Source of the DNA: Roseivirga sp.
GTDB lineage: Bacteria > Bacteroidota > Bacteroidia > Cytophagales > Cyclobacteriaceae
Direction: 5' to 3'
Assembly (NCBI GenBank): GCA_965660665.1
Contig: CBFIAY010000003.1
Location: 161,265 to 225,264, forward strand
Length of the DNA: 64,000 nt
Of this stretch, positions 10,137-19,548 are shown one piece after another. Each line of letters begins with the position of its first letter. The stretch's first letter is position 1. The translations under genes and the position numbers were made by a program. The notes beneath the pieces were generated by a model. That model saw only the letters and a program-made list of their open reading frames with translations, did not search any database and was not told the DNA's origin.

Positions 10137-12026
10137 ATGACCGAAGCCCAAAACACCTTAAGTAAGCTTAAAGAACTTCTCAGAATGGAGAAGGATGAAG
10201 ATTATGCGCAATATCAGCGTAAAATGCTCAATACATCCGTTGATGAAAGAAGACAAAAAGGCGTCACGTGGTATCCGGTTCAACTCGTAAATAGATTCAT
10301 CAGTACGGGTGAACGCTACACGCTAGAACTAGATCGGACATCTCATTTAGAGCAGAATCATGCTTTTCAAGTCGGAGCCATTGCCAGTGTATTCTCAGGC
10401 CATGGAGAAGACGCAGATGCTATTTCAGGAGTTATCAGTTATGTGCGTAGAGACAAAATGAGGATAGTCCTTAATGCTGATGACGCACCGGACTGGTTAA
10501 AAGATGGTAAGCTTGGCGTAAACTTACTCTTTGATGAAGGAGGCTATCGTGAAATGCAAAAGGCCTTAAAAGAAGTTCAGAGTGCTGATACGGGTAGGTT
10601 AGCCGATTTGAGAGAGATTCTTTATGGCGCTAAACAAGCATCGTTCAAAAAAGGCTTTGACTTTCAATCTGTCAACTTGAATGAGGGTCAAAATCGAGCA
10701 CTGTCTCAGATATTCAATGCAAAAGACGTTGCCATTATTCATGGCCCTCCAGGCACAGGGAAGACTACTACTTTGGTAAACGCGATCAAAGAAGTTGTCA
10801 AAACTGAAAAGCAGGTTTTAGTTTGTGCACAAAGTAATGCAGCAGTTGACCTGATGGTTGAGAAGCTAGATGGATTGGGGATTGAAGTGTTGCGAATTGG
10901 TCATCCGGCTCGACTGACACCTGAAGTGATTGAGAATAGTCTTGACGTTAAAATTTCAAAGCATCCCTTTTTTAAAGAGCTGAGAGAAATCAGAAAGCGC
11001 TCTGATGAGTATCGAAAAAAAGGGCTGAAGTACAAGCGTAATTTTGGTCACGAAGAACGCATGCAGCGAAAGATGGTCATGCATGAAGCCAAAATGCTAA
11101 AAGGCGATGCCGATCGTATTGAATCCCAAATTACTGAAGACTTGGTCGATAGGGCACAAGTGATTGCCTGTACACTGGTAGGATCAACCCATAGACTCTT
11201 GCAGGACAGAACATTTAGGTCTGTTTTTATTGATGAAGCTTCGCAGGCATTAGAGCCTGCTTGTTGGATCGCTATTAAGAAGGCACACCGCGTGATCATG
11301 GCGGGTGATCACCTACAACTACCTCCAACGATCAAGAGCATTAAAGCGGCTAAAGATGGACTCGCCAATACCCTCTTTGAAAAGGCGATTAAGCATATTG
11401 ATGAGTCTGTAATGCTTGAAACTCAATACCGCATGCACCCAGACATCATGAAGTTTTCAGGAGACCATTTTTATGGAGGTCAATTGAAAACCGCTGAGGA
11501 TGTACTATTGCGAGAAAAGGGAAGCGAGCTTGAACATTTCGTCTTTATAGATACTGCTGGTTGTGGCTTTGCCGAAAAAGTCAAGAAGGAAACCTTAAGT
11601 ACCTACAATAAAGAGGAGGCCGATTTGTTAGTGAAGCACCTTTCCAATAATCTATCACTTGATAAATCTGTCGGCATCATTGCACCATACAAGGCGCAAA
11701 TTGAATTGCTCAGAGACTTGGTGATGAAGAATCCAGCTTTTGATGCAGTCCGAGATCAAGTCTCGATTAATACAGTTGACGCCTTTCAAGGGCAAGAGCG
11801 TGACGTGATCTATATTGGCTTGACCAGAAGCAATGAACAGAATGAGATTGGATTCTTGAAAGAGTACCGAAGGATGAATGTGGCGATGACTAGAGCAAAA
11901 TCTCAACTGGTCATTATAGGAGACTCTGCTACGCTAGGCCGCGATGCCTTCTACAATTCAGTGATTGACTATGCCCAGCAGATTGGTGGGTATAAAAGTG
12001 CTTTTGAGTTTTTGTATGCTGAGTAA
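10137..12026 (+). CDS. Superfamily 1 helicase, IGHMBP2/Upf1-like (AAA_11/AAA_12)
   Basis: GPPGTGKTT, AQSNAAVD, DEASQ, GDHLQLPP, QYRMH, VDAFQGQE, RRMNVAMTRA. Confidence 0.9.
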   Translation: MTEAQNTLSKLKELLRMEKDEDYAQYQRKMLNTSVDERRQKGVTWYPVQLVNRFISTGERYTLELDRTSHLEQNHAFQVGAIASVFSGHGEDADAISGVISYVRRDKMRIVLNADDAPDWLKDGKLGVNLLFDEGGYREMQKALKEVQSADTGRLADLREILYGAKQASFKKGFDFQSVNLNEGQNRALSQIFNAKDVAIIHGPPGTGKTTTLVNAIKEVVKTEKQVLVCAQSNAAVDLMVEKLDGLGIEVLRIGHPARLTPEVIENSLDVKISKHPFFKELREIRKRSDEYRKKGLKYKRNFGHEERMQRKMVMHEAKMLKGDADRIESQITEDLVDRAQVIACTLVGSTHRLLQDRTFRSVFIDEASQALEPACWIAIKKAHRVIMAGDHLQLPPTIKSIKAAKDGLANTLFEKAIKHIDESVMLETQYRMHPDIMKFSGDHFYGGQLKTAEDVLLREKGSELEHFVFIDTAGCGFAEKVKKETLSTYNKEEADLLVKHLSNNLSLDKSVGIIAPYKAQIELLRDLVMKNPAFDAVRDQVSINTVDAFQGQERDVIYIGLTRSNEQNEIGFLKEYRRMNVAMTRAKSQLVIIGDSATLGRDAFYNSVIDYAQQIGGYKSAFEFLYAE

Positions 12027-12027
12027 T

Positions 12028-12240
12028 CTATCTCGGTAAAAACCAATGAACGTAATCGCAGTTGTCGCAAACCAGGCAAGTAGCTTCGGTATCCGCCCAA
12101 TCAAAATTAAGTAAAGTAGAAATGGCAGTGTTCAATTGAGCATGCCGCTCTTCGAACTCCTAGTGCTGGCAAACAACACACTTCAGTCTTGTTCCATTTA
12201 CTTCGTAAGTTCTGGTTTTATCCCTACTGAAAAATCCCAT
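12028..12240 (-). pseudogene. Small Zn-ribbon protein gene (70 codons) interrupted by an in-frame TAG
   Basis: Manual translation: MGFFSRDKTRTYEVNGTRLKCVVCQH*EFEERHAQLNTAISTLLNFDWADTEATCLVCDNCDYVHWFLPR; TAG at 12162-12160; not in the ORF track. Confidence 0.75.
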
Positions 12241-12287
12241 GGCATACTTATTATTTGTAATCCATATTACTAAATAGGAAGGAAATC

Positions 12288-13178
12288 TTATAGAGATTTA
12301 GCCAAAACCTGAGCAGCTTCTGGCTTTAGACGAAACCAAAGTTCAGGCTCTATCAACTCTAACTCAATCAATGCAAGCTGATCGTTATTGTCTCTGATGA
12401 TATCTACTCGGGCATAAGTGGGTTGTGGATCGCAAGCGGCCACTGCTTTTTCAGCAAAAGTAATTTCTTCCGAAGAAGGGTCATATAAATGTACTGTGCC
12501 ACCAAAGTCGTCTTGCACCCTGAAGTCACCTGGTTTAGCTACTTTTAATACAGCATGTGTGAATTCACCACCCATGACCATTAAAGACACTTCTCCTTTT
12601 TCCACCACATTCTTTTGAAAGGGTTGAAGCATCATGGCTTCTTTGGCGATCAAGGTTTGGAAAATTTCTTCGTGTTCTTCAAGGGTATCGACATTTAACT
12701 TATAGGTGTGGCGAGATGCTCCCGATACACAAGGCTTAAGGATGCAGTCTGTCCAGCCAGTTTCGCTATAGAGGGCTTTTAAGTCCAATTCTTCACTGAT
12801 TTCGATATAACGTGTTGCTGGAATATTGATGCCGCGATCGTTGAGATCACGCAGGTAATGTTTGTCCATATTCCAGTTGATCAAGGCATAAGGATTGACC
12901 ATTTCGGTAAGCTTACTTGTGGAGGCTAACCACGCTTTCCATTCTTCAAACCTGTCAAAATAGTCCCAAGTAGTTCTGAAAATTATGGCTTGAGTACTGG
13001 CCCAGTTAAATTCTGGGTTGGACCAGCTAATACGGGTAACGCGATATCCATTTGCTTTCAACGCGTCAAGCACTAGACCATCTTCGGTGAGAATGTTTTC
13101 AACGTTTTCATCAAGCGTGGTAGGGGCAACGTAGCGATCGTCTGTGAGCACTACAAAGTCGTAAAGAAACTGACTCAT
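12288..13178 (-). CDS. ATP-grasp ligase (RimK/glutathione synthetase-like)
   Basis: FRTTWDY, WNMDKHYL, ILKPCVSGAS, LQPF, DFRVQDDFGG, ARVD, ELELIEP. Confidence 0.85.
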   Translation of the reverse strand: MSQFLYDFVVLTDDRYVAPTTLDENVENILTEDGLVLDALKANGYRVTRISWSNPEFNWASTQAIIFRTTWDYFDRFEEWKAWLASTSKLTEMVNPYALINWNMDKHYLRDLNDRGINIPATRYIEISEELDLKALYSETGWTDCILKPCVSGASRHTYKLNVDTLEEHEEIFQTLIAKEAMMLQPFQKNVVEKGEVSLMVMGGEFTHAVLKVAKPGDFRVQDDFGGTVHLYDPSSEEITFAEKAVAACDPQPTYARVDIIRDNNDQLALIELELIEPELWFRLKPEAAQVLAKSL

Positions 13179-13489
13179 TCTGAAGTAACGCTGTTTGGGT
13201 TAATAAAAGTAAAGCCTCTGGCATCGCTGCCCTCGTAGAAATCAACTTCCAAACCAACCAAGTACATGGTTTGCCTTTTTTCTATGTGAACTGTGATTCC
13301 TGCGATTTCATAGGTGAGATCACCCTTTTTTGGTTTGTCAAAACCTAGCATAAAGCCATGTCCACCGCAGCCACCACCGCCTTTTACCCCAATACGAAGG
13401 CCATAGCCTTCGGGAATACTTTTATTGCTCATGATGTTTTTCACCTCTTCAATCGCTTTTTCAGTAAGGCTTACAGGTTCAATGTTCAT
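13175..13489 (-). CDS. HesB/IscA-like A-type carrier homologue lacking the C-terminal CGC motif
   Basis: LTEKA, LRIGVKGGGGCGG, VDF, GFTFINPN, then stop; only one Cys. Confidence 0.8.
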   Translation of the reverse strand: MNIEPVSLTEKAIEEVKNIMSNKSIPEGYGLRIGVKGGGGCGGHGFMLGFDKPKKGDLTYEIAGITVHIEKRQTMYLVGLEVDFYEGSDARGFTFINPNSVTSE

Positions 13490-13596
13490 AAGAATGAGAA
13501 TTATTTCACGTTTTCAGATGTAAACTTAAATACCTATTCGAGAATCTCACTAATTTCAGTTTTTAAATGAAAAGTCCGAGAGGGTAAATTCTATTT

Positions 13597-14118
13597 ATGG
13601 ATTACGTAACAGAGTTTTTAAAATTATTAGTTCCCGCAGCATTAGTCATGTATGCTATGTATTTAGTGATGAGGAATTTCCTGCAAAAACAATTCGACCA
13701 TAGATTGTTAGACATAAAGATTAAAAACAACGAAACTGTTTTACCAATTCGGCTTCAAGCTTATGAGCGCATTGCTTTATTGCTCGAAAGGATTTCCCCT
13801 AATAACATGTTGTTAAGATTAAGTGATCCTTCGATAAGTGCTTATGCTTTTCAACAGCTATTGCTGAATGAGATCAGAGAAGAGTTTAATCATAACCTTT
13901 CGCAACAAGTCTATATGTCTGATCTTACTTGGGCGAAAGTACGTGCCACAGTGAATGAAATCGTAACGGCTGTTCAAGAGTCTGCTCAAAAGATGGATGA
14001 AAATAAAAATGGAATCGACCTCGCTGAGGCCATTTTTGATTATATGATTAAATTGGAAAGAGATCCAGTTGGAGAAGCACTAACGCTGGTCAAAGAGGAA
14101 ACAAGACAACTATTCTAA
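13597..14118 (+). CDS. Conserved Bacteroidota membrane-anchored hypothetical protein
   Basis: N-terminal TM, LPIRLQAYERIALLLERISP, EFNHNLSQQVY. Confidence 0.7.
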   Translation: MDYVTEFLKLLVPAALVMYAMYLVMRNFLQKQFDHRLLDIKIKNNETVLPIRLQAYERIALLLERISPNNMLLRLSDPSISAYAFQQLLLNEIREEFNHNLSQQVYMSDLTWAKVRATVNEIVTAVQESAQKMDENKNGIDLAEAIFDYMIKLERDPVGEALTLVKEETRQLF

Positions 14119-14128
14119 TATCGTATCA

Positions 14129-14545
14129 ATGGCCAAAGAACCATCAGCTAGAGAAAAGAAATACTTTAATCGTTTTAAAAAGAAAGCGGTCGATATTGTC
14201 AATGACAGTGACTCGTTGAAAAGCCTATTGATTAAGTTAAAGGATAAGCTGGATGCTTCAGAAGGTGATGATTCACTACGTCACAAATTAGTTGAATACG
14301 TGAAACTCGTGTCGCGAATGGTCACCAATACAGTTAGTGGTAACTATAAAGATATGCCATGGCAGACGTTGGTCATGATAGTCGCTGGACTACTTTACTT
14401 TATTGCCCCATTGGATGCTTTGCCTGATTTTATTCCCGTTGCAGGCTATTTAGATGATGCTACTATTTTGGTGTGGCTGGGAAAATGCTTCCGAGAAGAC
14501 CTAGAAAATTATAAAACTTGGGAACAGGCGAACTTTTCTGAATAA
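14129..14545 (+). CDS. YkvA/DUF1232 family protein
   Basis: LLYFIAPLDALPDFIPVAGYLDD. Confidence 0.88.
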   Translation: MAKEPSAREKKYFNRFKKKAVDIVNDSDSLKSLLIKLKDKLDASEGDDSLRHKLVEYVKLVSRMVTNTVSGNYKDMPWQTLVMIVAGLLYFIAPLDALPDFIPVAGYLDDATILVWLGKCFREDLENYKTWEQANFSE

Positions 14546-14588
14546 CAAAAGTGTTTACTCGCTGTTAAATCATTGAGTACAACAAAGA

Positions 14589-15224
14589 ATGTCAAATTTG
14601 ATCAATCAATCCTTAATCAACGAATCCTATACTTACGCTTCTTATCGCGAGCTTTTAGACAGTCTCCTAAAGCAAGGCCTAACTACCGGAACCAATCAAT
14701 CTGAAAGCATGACCAACTATGCTATGCTTAATCAGAAGCGTATGCGTAAGTGGGATAAGATTGGAAAGATCGCATCTGAGTTGATGGAGAAAATTATGGT
14801 TTTGGATCAAAAAATGACCTGGTTGGTCATTACCGAAGGCTGGTGCGGTGATGCTGCTCAAAATTTGCCTTTCCTTAATAAAATGGCCGAATTGAATCCG
14901 AATATTGATCTGAGATTCGTACTGCGTGACGAAAATTTACCATTAATCGATGCTTTTCTAACCAACAGTGGTAGGTCGATACCTAAGTTAATCGCCTTAG
15001 ATAGTGAATTGAGTGTGCTAGGAACATGGGGTCCCAGGCCTGAACCAGTGCAGAAGGCTTTCCTTGAGAATAAAGTGAGTCAGGAAAGAACGGGTAAAGA
15101 ATTTACAGAATACCTCCACCTATGGTATGCCAAAGACAAGGGAGTTACCCTTCAAAATGAATTTTTGGCTATTTTAGATGTATGGAATCAAAAACTGCAA
15201 TCATTGCTGGTGCAAGCGGACTGA
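14589..15224 (+). CDS. Thioredoxin-fold protein (monothiol WCGD)
   Basis: TEGWCGDA, LRDEN, RSIPKLI, WGPRP. Confidence 0.85.
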   Translation: MSNLINQSLINESYTYASYRELLDSLLKQGLTTGTNQSESMTNYAMLNQKRMRKWDKIGKIASELMEKIMVLDQKMTWLVITEGWCGDAAQNLPFLNKMAELNPNIDLRFVLRDENLPLIDAFLTNSGRSIPKLIALDSELSVLGTWGPRPEPVQKAFLENKVSQERTGKEFTEYLHLWYAKDKGVTLQNEFLAILDVWNQKLQSLLVQAD

Positions 15225-15832
15225 TTGGCCAGTCACTAACTCAGATGTTGCTTAATAGCAAAGACTATGGTCAAGTCATTGCGCTAGTGAGAAAGCCACT
15301 CGGAATCCAGCACGCAAAGCTGAAAGAACTTACTGTAAATTTTGATCATCTGGCAGATATGGAAGACTTTCCAGAAGTGGATGATATTTTTTGTACACTA
15401 GGTACCACCATTAAAAAGGCAGGCTCACAAGAAGCATTTTACACCGTTGATTTTACCTACCCCATGGAGCTTGCGCAGCGAGGTCTGAAAGCCAATGCGC
15501 AACGTTTCTTTTTGGTGGCTGCCCTAGGCTCTAATATGAATTCAGGCAATTTCTATAGTAGAGTTAAAGGTGAATTGGAGGATAAAATCTCATTTCTAAA
15601 CTACCGAACAATTTACATTTTCAAGCCTTCTTTGTTAAGGGGTGATCGACAGGAACATCGTCTTGGAGAAAAGATTGGGCAAGCCATTACTCGGATCATA
15701 CCATTTGTTGGAGCTTTGAAAAAGTATCGCCCAATTCATGTCGATAAAGTGGCAGATGCCATGATGAAAGTGGCCAAGCAAGAAGACAAAGGCTGCTATT
15801 ACTATCAGTCTGAAATTATGCAGAAGATGTAG
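15182..15832 (+). CDS. NAD(P)-binding Rossmann oxidoreductase (TIP30/YraR-like)
   Basis: GASGLIG, CTLGTTIKKAGS, FYSRVKGELE, PSLL. Confidence 0.85.
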   Translation: MESKTAIIAGASGLIGQSLTQMLLNSKDYGQVIALVRKPLGIQHAKLKELTVNFDHLADMEDFPEVDDIFCTLGTTIKKAGSQEAFYTVDFTYPMELAQRGLKANAQRFFLVAALGSNMNSGNFYSRVKGELEDKISFLNYRTIYIFKPSLLRGDRQEHRLGEKIGQAITRIIPFVGALKKYRPIHVDKVADAMMKVAKQEDKGCYYYQSEIMQKM

Positions 15833-15858
15833 TGTTTCTTTCGTAATCCCCTTTATAC

Positions 15859-15932
15859 GGCTTCCTGAACTTGTTTCAGAATCTCTGATGTCAATATGGT
15901 TTGCGAAGACCCTGAAGCGAGTACAGGGTCAC
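15859..15932. repeat. REP-like inverted doublet between convergent genes
   Basis: Two related 26-nt palindromic units in opposite orientation: CTGAA-CTTGT-TTCAG within 15859-15884 and GACCCTG-N9-CAGGGTC within 15907-15932. Confidence 0.6.
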
Positions 15933-15959
15933 GTGCCCAATTTGGTTTTTAGAAACTCT

Positions 15960-17798
15960 TTAATTCACAGCCTTTTCAAACGCTGCTTTACCACCAACCA
16001 CTGGAATTGAAATTGAAGTACTACTAAGGTCTATCATCAATTTGGTTCCTGGTGCTGGGTGAAGCGTAAACTCGCTGTCACTTGAAAAGATCATTAAACC
16101 AATTTGCTGGCCTGCAGGAATGATTTGATCATCAGGCTGAAGGTCGAATTTTAGTTCATAGAATTTACCAGGTTTCAGTGGGGCACTTTTGCTGATTGAT
16201 TTGCTGTTCTGAGGATCTGCCCAACCTCTTGTGATGATGTTTTCAGTAATTTTTGTGTCTTCTCCTTCATTCCAAGGTAGGGACACCATCCATACTGAAA
16301 GATTTGCCGCGGCCTTGTCACTAGCAACTTTAATGGTCAAAGTAGAGAGTCCTGAAAGATGAACATCTTCCTTTAAAATAGGTGTAACGAAAAGCAAACG
16401 GTTATCCGAGTTTGTCGCTTTCGCTAGGGCAGTACCTGATTTCCTGTAATCATCAGTAAGTGTTTCGGTTTTCTTTGCTTTAGCTTTAATTAAGCTAAGC
16501 TTACCCGTGCCCGGTGCACCGGCTTCAAGGTAGAGGCTAACGGGCTTTGCTGCTGGATTAGGGTAATCGTCATAGGCTGTTGGATTCGTTCTGGCATCGT
16601 CTTCTCTGACAATCCAAGCCTTAGCATCATTCTCTACGCCATTTTCAACACCGTGCAGATAGCGTGTAAACCAACGATTCATCATTTTCATTGGTGGAGG
16701 TCCGCCATGCCCATTTTGGTGATAGAAGATCTGAGTTGGTATGCCCATCTTTTTTGCCTCTTGAGAGATTCTGTTACTATGTTCAGGCATCACGTTCCAA
16801 TCGTTAAAACCATGAGACATCAATAATGCGGCTTTCATTGGCTTCATATCGTTGATATAATCTCTTCCCGCCCAAAAATCATTGTAGTCACCTGTGATTC
16901 TGTCCATGTTATTGGCCATCTCTGTGTCTCGAACCGTCTTGATGTTATAAGCGCGTTTGTCTTCGGCACCACTATGAATAAAGTCAAAGAGGACATCAAT
17001 ATCTTCACCAAGGTATCCTCCTGGGCTTCTTACCAGACCATTAGATCTGTAATAGTGATAGTAAGATGTATTGGGAGCAATGGGGATAATGGCCTTCAGT
17101 GCGTCAACACCAGTGGTCGCTGCCGCTAAGGGTATTGTGCCATTGTAAGAAGTTCCAGTCATGCCTACATTTCCAGTAGACCAATACGCCTCAACTTTTT
17201 CATTGCCGGCAGGTGTTGTATAGCCATTGTCTTTTCCTGACAACCATTCGATCACTGCCTTTGGAGCCAATGATTCATTGTCTCCACCAACTGTTGGAGA
17301 TCCCTGTGAAAGCCCTGTTCCAGGTGACGAAGAGTGCACTACGATGTATCCTCTTGGTACCCAAGTTCTAATTTGAGAGTTTGAGATAATTGGTCTTTTG
17401 CCTAATCTTTTAACGTCTTTGGATCCTCTGGGTGGAGGAGTCGCACCAATTTCATGCTGCACATTCCAGAATAACTCTGGAGCCGTACCTGCCGTACCGG
17501 CATAGTAGGGGCTAGATTCATAGACTATTGGAAGTTTAAGCCCTTCTGTTTCCGTTTGACTAGGACGCGTAACCGCTACATGCACGCGATCCATTTTACC
17601 ATCTCCATCTGTATCAAATTCAGTCTCTACCCAAAGATCATGACGAATCCAGTCTTCCATTTTACTGAAAGCTTCTACGATTTGAGCTTCACCGTCTTTG
17701 AAAACTGGAGCAGCTTTACCAGTAGACTGTGCCAGAGCAGGCTGGATAGACAAGAGTATGACGGATAAGCAGGTCAGAATATAAATTGGACGCTTCAT
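15960..17798 (-). CDS. pepX: Xaa-Pro dipeptidyl-peptidase (S15), secreted
   Basis: Signal peptide, DTDGDG, GTSYNG nucleophile motif, WNVMPEH, HQNGH, C-terminal PepX domain. Confidence 0.9.
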   Translation of the reverse strand: MKRPIYILTCLSVILLSIQPALAQSTGKAAPVFKDGEAQIVEAFSKMEDWIRHDLWVETEFDTDGDGKMDRVHVAVTRPSQTETEGLKLPIVYESSPYYAGTAGTAPELFWNVQHEIGATPPPRGSKDVKRLGKRPIISNSQIRTWVPRGYIVVHSSSPGTGLSQGSPTVGGDNESLAPKAVIEWLSGKDNGYTTPAGNEKVEAYWSTGNVGMTGTSYNGTIPLAAATTGVDALKAIIPIAPNTSYYHYYRSNGLVRSPGGYLGEDIDVLFDFIHSGAEDKRAYNIKTVRDTEMANNMDRITGDYNDFWAGRDYINDMKPMKAALLMSHGFNDWNVMPEHSNRISQEAKKMGIPTQIFYHQNGHGGPPPMKMMNRWFTRYLHGVENGVENDAKAWIVREDDARTNPTAYDDYPNPAAKPVSLYLEAGAPGTGKLSLIKAKAKKTETLTDDYRKSGTALAKATNSDNRLLFVTPILKEDVHLSGLSTLTIKVASDKAAANLSVWMVSLPWNEGEDTKITENIITRGWADPQNSKSISKSAPLKPGKFYELKFDLQPDDQIIPAGQQIGLMIFSSDSEFTLHPAPGTKLMIDLSSTSISIPVVGGKAAFEKAVN

Positions 17799-17856
17799 GG
17801 GCTTAATTATAGTTGGTAATAGTTGAAGTTAAATTTACAAAAGAAAATCTTGGGCA

Positions 17857-19035
17857 TTACTTTTTTATGCTTAGCCTCGTTACGCTTTGAGTTATTAAAC
17901 AAGCCATGAAGACGTAGCCTAAGATCAACAAAACGAATCCAGATGAGGCAAACTCAGGATACCAACTTTCCCAAGCATCCCATTCAAAGGCTGGGTTTGG
18001 AATGTTTTTATAAAGTAGCATCAAGGGTATCGAGAGCAAACCCAATGTCAGAAACTGCTTTGCATTGAGCTCTTGGAGTTCATACATGATCCACGTGCCA
18101 ATAAATGGAAAGCCGAGATAGATGATGCGTGTCATATCACCTCCAGCCAGTACACCGAAGCCAAGATAAACTGCACTGAAAAGTACGAGCAAATTCCTTG
18201 TGTTGTCATACCGAAAACTTCTTGCAAATCGGCCAAACGTTAAGAAGAGTGAAGGCCCAAAGGCCACGGCCATGGCTGCTAGCCATCGGACAATTTCGAA
18301 TGGATTTAGAAGTGCCTCTTTCGCGTGATACCCCAAGGTAATCAAGGCACCTTTCCCTTCTTCTACCGGCAGGAAGTTTCCATTGACTAATGATTTGGCT
18401 ACTATCGCTAGCACCAATGAAGCAGCGATCAACGGTAAATCATAAAACCCTTCCTCTGTTTTCCGATTATGCCACCAGGCATAAATCAACAGGACAATCA
18501 TTAAGGCAATGAAAGACTCTTTTTGAATGGTAGCCAATGGCGCTAGCCAAAGCAAGTGCATGAACTTCCTTTTGATGAGTAACCACAGGAAAAGTGCCTG
18601 AAAAAAGTATAATGGGACGTCAACGGTAATGGGATCAAAGGCATTCAGCCTGATAAGACCAGTCCAGTGAAAGAGGAGCCAAATAAAGCCCGCAAAAAAC
18701 CATTTTAACTCAAAGCCTAACTGTCGCCAAAGTAGAAAGACAATCCAAACAGACAGTAGGGTGAAAATTAAATTGACAACTTGAAAGTCGTATATGATAT
18801 CCCCTGAATTGATGAGTGAGGCTAAAGCAGGTACTAGGATGCGCTGGTGAAATGGGAAAGCTACTTGGAATTCAGTTTGAACGCCTGTGAAGAACTCATA
18901 GATTCCTCGGTAATCATTTCCGTCAAAGGCTGGGGCAAAATCATAACTGATGGGTTCTTGCAAATAATGATACCCAAAGAAGCAAGCGATGGATAATCCT
19001 AAAAAAATGTACAGCCAATAGAGCCGAATTCGCAT
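17857..19035 (-). CDS. Polytopic membrane protein with GT-C glycosyltransferase-like motifs
   Basis: ~10-11 hydrophobic segments; first loop DGNDY...PFHQRILVP; TVDVP; QKES. Confidence 0.55.
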   Translation of the reverse strand: MRIRLYWLYIFLGLSIACFFGYHYLQEPISYDFAPAFDGNDYRGIYEFFTGVQTEFQVAFPFHQRILVPALASLINSGDIIYDFQVVNLIFTLLSVWIVFLLWRQLGFELKWFFAGFIWLLFHWTGLIRLNAFDPITVDVPLYFFQALFLWLLIKRKFMHLLWLAPLATIQKESFIALMIVLLIYAWWHNRKTEEGFYDLPLIAASLVLAIVAKSLVNGNFLPVEEGKGALITLGYHAKEALLNPFEIVRWLAAMAVAFGPSLFLTFGRFARSFRYDNTRNLLVLFSAVYLGFGVLAGGDMTRIIYLGFPFIGTWIMYELQELNAKQFLTLGLLSIPLMLLYKNIPNPAFEWDAWESWYPEFASSGFVLLILGYVFMACLITQSVTRLSIKK

Positions 19036-19095
19036 GGAGTGAAAATATGCAATTAACTTGAATCATAAGTTATTTATCGGGTTTTTTGCATCCGC

Positions 19096-19548
19096 ATGAT
19101 TGCAGTAATACAACGTGTTTCAGAGGCTTCCGTAAGCATTAACCAGAAGGTAAAGGCTCGTATTGGCGTTGGTTTAATGATACTCTTGGGTATTGAAGAG
19201 GCTGACGACCAGAGCGATATTGAATGGTTGAGTCGCAAAATTGTGAACATGCGCATATTTCCTGATGATGAAGGGGTAATGAACAAGAGCTTGCTTGTTG
19301 CGAAAGGAGAAGCCTTAGTAATCAGTCAGTTTACCCTCCATGCAAGCACTAAAAAAGGGAATAGACCTTCTTACTTAAAGGCTGCCAAGCCTGAAGTATC
19401 AATACCACTTTATGAGGCATTTAAGAAACAATTGGCACTAGATTTGGGTAAGGATGTTGGCTCTGGCGAGTTTGGTGCCGATATGCAAGTATCACTGGTT
19501 AATGACGGTCCGGTAACGATTGTCATGGACACAAAAGACAAGAAATAA
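19096..19548 (+). CDS. dtd: D-aminoacyl-tRNA deacylase
   Basis: VIQRVSEASV, SQFTL, GEFGADMQVSLVNDGPVT. Confidence 0.96.
   Translation: MIAVIQRVSEASVSINQKVKARIGVGLMILLGIEEADDQSDIEWLSRKIVNMRIFPDDEGVMNKSLLVAKGEALVISQFTLHASTKKGNRPSYLKAAKPEVSIPLYEAFKKQLALDLGKDVGSGEFGADMQVSLVNDGPVTIVMDTKDKK

Noticed and set aside
10137-12026. SF1 helicase as part of an anti-phage defence island
   Set aside because: No nuclease or other defence genes flank it; it sits among housekeeping genes.
12160-12162. Genome-wide TAG reassignment or pyrrolysine
   Set aside because: TAG cleanly ends many full-length genes here (e.g. mlaD, folB, mutS2), and no pyl genes are present in the window.
15182-15224. 43-nt overlap of the thioredoxin and oxidoreductase genes as a frameshifted fusion
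   Set aside because: Both proteins are complete, and the second has its own Met before the Rossmann motif; stop-codon drift explains the overlap.
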